NCBI GenBank assembly: GCA_963783495.1
Contig: CAWANT010000006.1
Coordinates: 71,799 to 135,798, forward strand
Length of the DNA stretch: 64,000 bases
Origin: an uncultured Chloroflexia bacterium
Lineage (GTDB): Bacteria; Chloroflexota; Limnocylindria; QHBO01
Reading direction: 5' to 3'
Shown here: one piece after another, positions 10,584 to 19,608 of the stretch
How the letters are laid out: every line of letters begins with the position of its first letter
Position numbering within the stretch: the first letter of the stretch is position 1
The notes under the pieces: generated by a model
The model's database searches: none
The model's input: only the letters and a program-made list of their open reading frames with translations
Told to the model about the DNA's origin: nothing
Program-made: the position numbers and the translations under genes

Positions 10584-10601
10584 CAGTCGCTACGTCGTCA
10601 A
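10572..10601 (-). promoter_or_regulatory. Candidate sigma-70-type promoter of the gntR-ABC-deacetylase-kinase operon
   Basis: On the minus strand: TTGACG (complement of 10596-10601), 18-nt spacer, TATAAC (complement of 10572-10577). Confidence 0.45.
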
Positions 10602-10626
10602 TACTTTTCCGTCCACGAGGTGACGA

Positions 10627-11903
10627 TTGGGCATCAAGGTCGCCGTCATCGGCGGCGGCAGCACCTACACCCCCGAGCTGATCGAAGGGCTGACCAACCG
10701 CCGCGACCGCCTGCCGATCGACGAGCTCGTGCTCCACGACCTCGACCTGAGCCGGCTGCAGGTCGTGGGCGGACTTGCCCAGCGCATGCTGCACCGGGTC
10801 GAGTGGCCGGGTCGGCTTGACCCTCACCGAAGATGCCGGCACCGCGGTCGGGGACGCCGATTTCGTCCTGATCCAGCTACGCGTCGGCGGCCAGCGAGCG
10901 CGCCTCTCGGATGAGACGCTGCCCCTCGACTTCGGCACCATCGGCCAGGAGACGACCGGCGCCGGTGGCTTCGCCAAGGCGCTGCGCACGGTGCCGGTGG
11001 TGCTGGAGCTGGCCGAGCTGGTTCGTCAGCGGGCGGCGCCGGACGCATGGATCGTGGACTTCACCAATCCGGTCGGCATCGTCACCCAGGCGCTGCTGGA
11101 CGAGGGGCACCGCGCGCTGGGCCTGTGCAACGTGGCGATCGGCTTCCAGCGACACTTCGCCGAGGACCTGGGTGTCGAGCCGGACCGCGTGGTGCTGGAC
11201 CACATCGGCCTCAATCACCTGAGCTGGATCACCGCCGTCACCGTCGACGGGACGGATCGGCTGCCGGAGATCCTGGAGACGCACGCGTCGACCATCGCGT
11301 CCATGGTCCGGCTGCCGACCGAGACGATCCGCGAGCTCGGCGCGGTGCCGTCCTACTACCTGCGCTACTACTACGCCTTCGACGAGGTGCTGGCCGAACA
11401 GCGCGCCGGGCACAAGCGGGCGGAAGAGGTGATCGACCTGGAGCGGCAGCTGCTCGCGATGTATGCCGATCCGGCACTCGACACCAAGCCCGACCTGCTC
11501 GAACCACCGCGGCGGCGCGTTCTACAGCGAGGCGGCCGCGCAGCTGCTGGCCAGCCTGCATGACGGCGCGGGCGACGCCCAGGTGGTCGACCTGCGCAAC
11601 GGCGGCGCCATCGACGGGCTGGATGCCACCGACGTGGTCGAGGTCTCGTCGCGAATCACCGGGGATGGCGCCACGCCGCTTCCCCAGCCTCGACTCCGTC
11701 CCGAGATGCTGGAGCTGATCCAGGCGGCCAAGGCCTACGAGCACCTGGCCGTCAGTGCCGCGGTGAACGGCGATCGCGAGCTGGCGCGCCAGGCGCTGGA
11801 GGCCAATCCGCTGGTCGGTCCGCGCATCGGCGACGTTGGCCCCCTGCTGGATGCCCTGCTCGAGGCCAACCGCAAGCACCTGCCGCGCTTCTACGCGGGC
11901 TGA
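10627..11903 (+). CDS. GH4-family 6-phospho-beta-glucosidase-like (ChbF/CelF-like) enzyme; 2 frame breaks
   Basis: N-terminal Rossmann KVAVIGGGSTYTPELI, then FTNPVGIVT, LCNV and GLNHLSW. Pieces lie in ORFs 10627..10914, 10775..11563 and 11463..11903, with breaks near 10800 and 11505. Confidence 0.85.
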
Positions 11904-13005
11904 TGCCCAACGCCGCTCACGCCGCGCAGCCCGGCCCGACCCGGATGCGCCGCGAAATCGGCCAGATCCCGGCCGTGGTGGCCCGCGTTCTGAGCGAGGC
12001 ACCGCATGACCTGCGCGAAGTCGCCGCCGCGGTTCGCAAATCGCGGCCCCGCTTCGCCGTGATCGCCGCCAGGGGCACGTCCGACCACGCCGCGAACTAT
12101 GCCCAGTACCTGACGGAGATCCACCTCGGGCTGCCCACCGGCCTGGCCAAGCCGTCGATCACGACCATCTACGAGCGGCCGCTGCGCTGGAAGGGTGGAC
12201 TGCTGCTGGCCATCTCGCAGTCGGGCCAGAGCCCCGACATCGTGGCGGTGGTCGCTGCCGCCCGCGCAGCAGGCGCGCTGACGGTGGCGATCACCAACCA
12301 TCCGGATTCGCCCCTGGGTGCGGCGGCGCGAGCACGTGCTCCCCTGCCGCGCCGGTCGAGAGCGGGCCGTGCCGGCCACGAAGACATACGTGGCGCAGCT
12401 GGCGGTGGTGGCGGCGCTCGTCGAGGCGATCAAGCCCTCCAGCGACCTGTCCCAAGGGCTGGCCGGCCTCCCCGGCGCGCTGCGCGCCACCCTGCGCGCC
12501 ACCGACCGCTGGCTCGCCGGCGACGACGGAGGCAAGTCGGCTCCAGGTCCGGCCGCGGTGGCTGCCTTCGCCCGGGCCAACCGCGCGCTGGTCGTGTCGC
12601 GCGGCTACAACCTGGCCACCGCCCTGGAGCTGGCCCTGAAGTTCAAGGAGACCTGCGGGCTGTTCGCGGAGGCCTACTCGACCGCCGACTTCGCCCACGG
12701 ACCGGTGGTTCTGGCCCAGCCGCGCGTCCCGGTCCTGGCCATCCGGCCGGATGGACCGATGGGCGCGACTGGTCGACGAGACGCTGCAGCAGACCGGCGC
12801 GCGTGGCGGGGTGCCCGTCGTCATCGGCGGTCCCGAGGCGGCCGGCCGAGCCGGCGCGTTGGCGCTGCCCTTCGACCTGCCGGAGGCGCTGACGCCGATC
12901 GTCTACGCCGTGCCCGGCCAGCTGCTGGTGGAGGCGACCGCCCGACGGCGCGGCATCAGCCCCGATGCCCCGCCAGGGCTCGGCAAGGTGACCCGGACGC
13001 GCTGA
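11903..13005 (+). CDS. Double-SIS-domain sugar-phosphate isomerase/deaminase (GlmS C-terminal-like, NagB-II/AgaS-like); 2 frame breaks
   Basis: ARGTSDHAA, AISQSGQSPD, TKTYVAQL and LELALKFKE. Pieces lie in ORFs 11903.., 12318.. and 12751..13005, with breaks near 12330 and 12760. Confidence 0.8.
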
Positions 13006-13008
13006 GCC

Positions 13009-13594
13009 TCAGCCCGCGTCGCGGTGCAGCCGGGTGGTGACGCTGACCTCGGCCCGCTTGCCCGGCTCCCAGGCGAGCAGCACCTCGACCACCTCGCGCA
13101 TGCGCAGGCGCGCGTGGACGATGTTCTGGTGCGCCGCGCTTCCAGTAGTTGAGCGGCTCCTCGTCGTCCGGCGGGCGATGCGGCATGCGGGTGATGGCGC
13201 AGCCGCGCTCGGCCGTGACGATGGCGCGCAGCGCGCGCTCCAGGTTGGCCTCGTACTCCATGTGCAGTCCGTGCAGCTCCTGCGGCGCCAGCATGTCCTC
13301 CAGCGCCTGGGCCCGCTGATCGAGCTCGTCCTCCTCGGCCTGCAGCAGCTGGACCGCCTCGTCGACGTCGACCGCCGGCGCCGCAGGGCGTCGATCGTGT
13401 CGGCCGCGCTGGCCAGCCGGCTGTCGATCTGCGCCGTCTCCTCCGCCAGCCGGTCGCGGTACTCGCGCAGCTCCTTGCCGTAGCCATGTGGCCGGCGGCG
13501 CTCGCCGCCGCGGCGCAGGAAGTTGGCCGGCAGCAGGGCGATGGCCAGCGCCGGCAGGAGCCAGCAGAGGCGATGCCCGGTCGAGCCTGTGCAT
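13009..13594 (-). CDS. Hypothetical membrane-anchored coiled-coil protein; 2 or more frame breaks
   Basis: Stitched by hand: TM LLPALAIALLPANFL, coiled-coil KELREYRDRLAEETAQIDSRL...QLLQAEEDELDQRAQALEDML, then ITRMPHRPPDDEEPLNYW and a tail ...VSVTTRLHRDAG*. I recognise no family. It lies 4 nt downstream of etfA. Confidence 0.4.
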
Positions 13595-13598
13595 CGGT

Positions 13599-14583
13599 CT
13601 ATCTTCCCTTGCGCCGGTTGATCTCGTCGGTCAACTTCGGCACGATCGCGAACAGGTCGCCCACCACGAACAGGTCGGCGAATTCGCCGATCGGCGCGTC
13701 GGGGTCCTTGTTGATGGCGACCACGTTCTCCGCAGTCTGCATGCCGACCCGATGCTGGATCGCGCCGCTGATGCCGATCCCCATGTACAGCGCCGGCTTG
13801 ACGACCTTGCCGGTCTGCCCGATCTGCAGCTGGTACGGGACCCAGCCCGCATCGGCGGCCGCCCGGCTGGCGCCCACCGCGCCGCCCAGCGCCGCCGCCA
13901 GATCATGGAGCGGCGCGAAGCCCGCCTCGCTGCCGACTCCGCGACCGCCGGCCACGATGACGGTGGCCTCTTCCAGGTTCGCGACCGCCGCCTCGGCCGG
14001 ATGCGACTCGGCGATCGTGGCCTTGCCGAAGGCGCTGTCATCGGCCGTCGGCGCATCGCTCACCGCCGCCGACCCGCTGCCGCCCTCGACCGGGGTGAAG
14101 GTGTTGGCCAGCACCAGCACCACGGCCGGCTGCGGCGCGTCGTCGACCGGCTCGCTGACCGTGATGACCGTGCCCTGCAGGGTGGACTGCTCGACGCGCA
14201 GGCGCCCGTCGGCGATGGCTGCCGCACGAACCGGGCCGAACGCCGGGACGCCCAGCAGGCCAACCAGCGCGGCCGCCAGGTCGCGGCCGTTGGGCGTGGC
14301 CGGAGCGAGCAGCGCCTGCGGGGCTCAGATCCCTCACCGCGGCCGCCAGGGAGCCGCCACGCGTGATGGCCGGCGCATTCTCGTCGCCCAGCACCACGAC
14401 CTTCGCGGCGCCGGCCGCGCCGAGGCGCGCGGCGCCGGCCTTCGCGCCGGGTCCGTAGGCCAGCCCCACCGCCGCGCCGCCGGAGGCCTTGGCGAGCTCG
14501 GCGGCGCCGGCCGCCAGCTCCAGCGCGCTGCGCGCGGGCTGTCCATCGGCGAACTCGGCGAGGAAGGCGATGTCGTTGCTCAT
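13599..14583 (-). CDS. etfA: Electron transfer flavoprotein alpha subunit; 1 frame break
   Basis: The C-terminal FAD domain (VVAGGRGVGS, RAAADAGWVPYQLQIGQTGKVVKPALYMGIGISGAIQH) is in ORF 13599..14123. The N-terminus is in ORF 14038..14583. Break near 14325. Confidence 0.88.
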
Positions 14584-14598
14584 GTCGGTCCTCCTCGC

Positions 14599-15382
14599 CT
14601 AGATCAGCTTCCGGGCGGCCAGCCAGTCGGCGATCCTGGTCGCCGCCTCGTCGGCACCCACGTTCTCGATGCGCTCGGTCGGCGGCTTGGCCTCGGGCGG
14701 ATTGGCCTCGACCACCCGGGTCAGCGCCGCGCCGTGCACGGCGCCGGCGTCGAGGCCCAGGTCGGCCAGCGACCACGTCTCGAGCGACTTGCGCTTGGCG
14801 GCCATGATCCCCTTCAGGCTGGCGTAGCGCGGCTCACCCACCTGGTCGGTCACGCTGGCCACCACCGGCAGCGGCGCCTCCACGATGTCGAATCCCGTCG
14901 CCGTCAGCCGCCGCACGCGCGCCACGCCATCGCCCAGCGTCAGCTCTGAGCCGTAGGAGAGCAGCGGCAGCCCGCGCATGGCGGCCACCGCCCCCGGCAC
15001 CAGCGAGCCACGAGCGTCGTCGGAGGCCATCCCCATCAGCGCGACGTCCGGCGCCAGCTTGTCCAGGGCCGCCGCCAGCACCTTGGCGGTCGCCCACTCA
15101 TCGGCGCCGACCAGGGCGTCATCGGTCACCAGGTAGGCCTCCTCGCCGCCCATGGCCAGCGCGCGTCGCAGGGCCTCGGCCGCCGATTCCGGCCCCATCG
15201 ACAGGTACGCGACCTCGTCCACCGCACCGGACTCCTGGAGCCGCAGCGCCTGCTCGATGGCGTACTCGTCCAGCGGGTTGACGACCGATTCGGTGGACGG
15301 CGCGGTCGAGCCGCAGGTCGGACGTGTACCGCTTCTCGGCGGTGGTGGCGGGCACCTGCTTGACGGTGACGACGATCTTCAT
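14599..15382 (-). CDS. etfB: Electron transfer flavoprotein beta subunit; 1 frame break
   Basis: [11 protein letters not shown] is in ORF 15119..15382 and the rest is in ORF 14599..15222 (...[16 protein letters not shown]...). Break near 15300. Confidence 0.88.
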
Positions 15383-16572
15383 CGAGGCTGCTCCTGCTGC
15401 GATCCCGGAGGCGCCAACGCCGGCGCGCTGCAGGAGCTGGCGCGCGATGATCAGGCGCTGGATCTGCTGCGGTTCCCTCGTAGAGCTGGGTGATCTTGGC
15501 GTCGCGCATCATCCGCTCGACCGGATATTCGGCGATGTAGCCGTATCCGCCCAGGACCTGGACCGCATCGGTGGTGACCCGCATGGCGGTGTCGCCGGCG
15601 ATGAGCTTGGCGCAGCTGGTCCAGTACGCGAGGTCCGATGCATCGGCGTCCACCCGGGCCGCGGCAGCATAGGTGAGCTGCCGGGCGGCCTCCGTCTGGC
15701 TGGCCATGTCGGCCAGCATGAACTGGATCCCCTGGAAGTCGATCACGCGCTGGTCGAACTGCTTCCGGTCGGCGGCGTACCGCGCCGCCTCGTCGATGGC
15801 GCCCTGGGCGATGCCCACCGCCTGCGCCGCAATGCTCAGCCGTGAGCGGTCCAGCGTGTTCATGGCGATCTGGAAGCCCTCCCCCTCCTCGCCGAGCCGG
15901 TTCTCGACCGGCACGCGGACGTCGTCGAAGGTCAGCTCGGCGGTCGGCGAGCCGCGGATGCCCATCTTGTGCTCGACGCGCGCCACGGCGAAGCCCGGCG
16001 TCTCCGTCTCGACGATGAAGGCGCTCATGCCCTTGCGGCCGCCCGCCGCCGCGATCGGTCAGCGCGAAGACGGTCAGCACGTTGGCGACGCTGCCGTTGG
16101 TGATGAAGCGCTTGCTGCCGTTCAGGACGTAGCAGTCGCCCGTCGAGGCGGGCGCGCATCCGGTTGCTGGCCACGTCGCTGCCGGCGGCGGCCTCGGTCA
16201 GGGCGAAGGCGACCAGCCACTCCCCGGAGGCCAGCCGCGGGATGTAGCGGTCCTTCTGCTCGTCGGAGCCCGCCAGGAGGATCGGCAGCGACGCCGAGCT
16301 TCTGGACGATGGGGATCAGGCTGGTGGTGGCGTCCGCGCGAGCGATCTCCTCGACCACGATCGACTGCCCGATCGCGTCCAGCGCGGTGCCGCCGTAGCC
16401 GCTCCTCGAAGCCGGTGCCCAGCAGGTCCTGCTTGGCCAGCAGCTCCTGCAGATCCGACGGGAACTCGGCGGCGGCGTCGATCTCGGCGGCCCGCGGCGC
16501 GATGCGCTCGACGGCGAGCTCGCGCACCACGGCGCGCAGCTCGTCGTGCTCGGCGGTCGGCAGATAGGTCAC
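15383..16572 (-). CDS. Acyl-CoA dehydrogenase; about 5 frame breaks, 3' end unresolved
   Basis: [40 protein letters not shown] and [17 protein letters not shown] are spread over ORFs 16198..16572, 16122..16358, 15451..16080, 15126..16028 and one unlisted frame. Breaks near 16400, 16295, about 16150, 16040 and 15465. In the last frame there is no stop before the etfB start. Confidence 0.85.
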
Positions 16573-16638
16573 GGCGTGCCCTCGTGCAGGCAGGGTGCCA
16601 CAGGATACGCGAATCGTCCCGGCTGGGTCAGCCGACGG

Positions 16639-17566
16639 CTAGTCCAGCGGGCCCTGGATCTCGACCTGGCCCTCGTTGATGCGCGCCCGATAAGCGACCT
16701 GGCGGCTGGTGGCCGGCCCGTGACGCACCGCGCCGTCGGAGAGGCGGAAGGCGGAGTGGTGCCACGGGCACACGATGGTGTCGCCGTGCAGCGCCCCTTC
16801 CGACAGCGGCCCGCCGGCATGGGAGCAGGTCTCCTTCAGCGCGTTGACCACGTCGCCGCGCCGCACCAGCACCAGCGTCGTGGCGCCGAAGCTGGCCTTG
16901 GTGGGGGTCGCCTCCGGCCAGCTCGGCGGCGGCCATGATCGGCGTGAACTCGGCTGCCTTCTTGCCGCGGGCGAAGGCGTTGCGGTTGACCATGTAGCCG
17001 TACTTGAAGACCACGTGGCCGCCGATGTACGCACCGACCGAGATGACCAGGTAGCCGATCAGGAAGATCCAGAACGCCGCTGTCGTGCGCGCCGCCCAGC
17101 CGCAGGAAGAACGAGACGGCGAAGAGGACGATCCCGACGATGTTGATCAGCGCCGTGGAAGCCGGTGACGTTGCGCTCGTCGCCGGTGGCCGTGTCCTTG
17201 AAGTCGGTCAGGCCGGTCACGATGGCGCCCACGCCGGCCAGCGAGACCAGGCCGATCGACCAGGTGATGCGCGTCCTCGAGGCCGGTCACGCCCAGGAAG
17301 TAGCGCAGCACGTCCAGGACGACGGCGACGGTGGCGCCGCCGACGACCACGTCGATGAGCACCGGGTGCACCGGGTGGCCGAGCCAGCTGCCGTTCAGGA
17401 AGTCCTGGAGGAACTTGCCCGGGCGTACCCAGCGCGCCGATAGACCGCGTTGCGTGACGCCGGCGATGCCGTTCCACAGGCCGGACAGGGGACGCGCCCA
17501 TCGTTCGATCACCAGACCACTCCCTCGTCGCCCCTCAGCGGCCGATCCGGCACGCTCTGCGAGCAA
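16639..17566 (-). CDS. DUF2231-like membrane domain fused to a Rieske [2Fe-2S] domain; 4 or more frame breaks, start uncertain
   Basis: Membrane part GHPVHPVLIDVVVGGATVAVVLDVL and GLTDFKDT. Rieske ligand motifs CSHAGGPL and CPWHHSAF. Stitched from ORFs 17147..17566, 16628..17014, 16639..17034 and unlisted frames. Confidence 0.7.
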
Positions 17567-17611
17567 GCAAGCTGCGTGCCGCTGATACGCGCCCGGTCAC
17601 GGCCGGCGAGG

Positions 17612-19046
17612 CTAGCCAGCCACCTCCTGGGCGAAGTCGCGGAAGACCGCGACGTGGCGCTCGATCTCCTCGTCGCTGTGCTGGACCGAGAGGGTCCACT
17701 GGTCGTCCGGGCCGGGCGGCAGCAGCACGCCGCGATTGGCGAGGTAGAAGAAGCCGGCCTCCCACAGCTCGCCGTCGAGGCCGATGAAGTCGCGATAGTT
17801 CGTCACCCGCTCCGGGGTGAACATCACGCAGCCCTTGGGACCCACGTTGATCGCGTAGCCGGGCAGGCCGAACTCGTCGAGCACCTCCTGGCAGCCGGCG
17901 GTGAGCCGATCGGCCATGGCCTGCAGGCGTGGATAGACGTCGCGGGTCAGCACCTGGGTCAGCGTCACCAGGCCGGCCGTCATCGACAGCGGGTTGCCGT
18001 TGAAGGTCCCCAGGTGCGCCACCCGGGTCGCGCCACCGGCCAGCGTGGAATGCTCGACGCCGGATGCCCGGGGCGTCGCGCTCCGGCACCTGCTCGATCG
18101 ACCGCATGACCTCCTCGCGGCCGCCGAAGGCGCCGATCGGCACGCCGCCGCCGATGCTCTTGGCCAGGCAGATGAGGTCCGGCTGCACGCCGAAGTACTC
18201 GGTGGCGCCGCCGTAGGCGAGCACCACGCCGGTCTTGACCTCGTCGAAGATGAGCACGATGCCGTGCTCGGTGGCGAGCTCGCGCAGGCGCTCCAGGAAG
18301 CCCGGCAGCGGCGGCGCCACGCCGATGTTGAACTGCACCGGCTCGACGATGATGGCCGCGATCTCGTCGCGGTTCGCCTCCAGGATGGCGGCCACCGTAT
18401 CGGCCTGGTTGAAGGGCGCCACGATCGTCTCGGCCATCCGGCTGCGCGGCAGGCCGGCGGTGGCCGGCACGGTGGTCGGCGAGTCGTCCGGCCCCATCGC
18501 CTCGCGCGGCGGCTGGATGCTGACCAGCACGTCGTCGTGGTGGCCGTGGTAGCCGCCCTCGAACTTGAGGATCTTCTCGCGCCCGGTGAAGCCGCGCGCC
18601 ACCCGGATGGCGTCCATGGTGGCCTCGGTGCCCGAGTTGCTGAAGCGCACGAGGTCGATGCCGAAGCGCTGCTTGATCTCCTCGGCCAGCGCGACGCCAT
18701 CCTCGACCGGGAACGTGTAGCAGGTGCCGTTGGCCACGCGGCGCTGCAGCGCCTCGGCCACCAGCGGATGCGAGTGGCCGGCGGCGAGCACGCCGAAGGC
18801 CATGTCGAAGTCGATGTACTCGTTGCCGTCCGCGTCCCAGATCCGCGATCCGCGCGCATCGGTCATGAACAGCGGGTACGGGTCGTAGGTCTGGAAGGAG
18901 CTGGCCACGCCCAGCGGCATCGCGCGCCGGGCGCGCTCGTGCAGCTCGGCGCTGCGCGGGGTGCGTGCCCGGTAGGCCGCCTCCTCCCGTTGCCCCACCT
19001 CCCGGACCCGCTCGCGGTCCACCTCGCGCCTCTCGGCAACGGTCAA
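17612..19046 (-). CDS. Class-III (GSA-aminomutase-like) PLP-dependent aminotransferase; 1 frame break
   Basis: FSNSGTEA, YHGHHD, IFDEVKTG and LAKSIGGG (PLP Lys) are in ORF 17535..19046. The C-terminus GTFNGNPLS... is in ORF 17612..18859. Break near 18070. Confidence 0.85.
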
Positions 19047-19058
19047 CGCTCGGTCCTC

Positions 19059-19544
19059 CTACCTCGTGCCCCACCGGTAGCTTTCCTTGACGAATCGCAG
19101 CTCCACCATCGTCTCGGTGGACCGGATCCCCTCGATCTTGGCCAGCTGATCGGCGAGCACGCGGAGCAGGTGCTCGTTGTCCTCGCAGACGACCTCGCAG
19201 ATCATGTCGAATCGCCCGGCCGTGACCACGACGTAGGTCACCTCGTCCAGGGCGGCGACCGCCTCGGCCACCTCGTCCAGGCGCGCGGCGTCGACGTGCA
19301 GGCCGATGAAGGCCGGCTGCCCGAAGCCCATCGCCAGCGGATCGGTGACGCCGACCACCTGGACGATGCCGCGGCTGATCAGCCGCTCCGCTCGCTGGCG
19401 GACCGTCGCCTCCGGCACCTTCAGCTCCCGTCCGATCTGCGCGTACGGGCGCCGGCCGTCCAGCTGGAGGGCCTTGATGATCGCCTTGTCCAGGTCGTCG
19501 AGGAGCGGTCGGCGCCCCGACGTCCCGATTGAACGAACTGCCAC
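19059..19544 (-). CDS. Lrp/AsnC-family transcriptional regulator
   Basis: Intact 161-aa ORF: LDDLDKAIIKALQLDGRRPYAQIGRELKVPEATVRQRAERL followed by an RAM domain. It lies directly upstream of the aminotransferase. Confidence 0.9.
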   Translation of the reverse strand: MAVRSIGTSGRRPLLDDLDKAIIKALQLDGRRPYAQIGRELKVPEATVRQRAERLISRGIVQVVGVTDPLAMGFGQPAFIGLHVDAARLDEVAEAVAALDEVTYVVVTAGRFDMICEVVCEDNEHLLRVLADQLAKIEGIRSTETMVELRFVKESYRWGTR

Positions 19545-19608
19545 GGTCTACGAATCGTAGCGGTGCCGGCGCAGCGTGGTCAAACTTTCCGCAACTTCTC
19601 GGCAAGAA

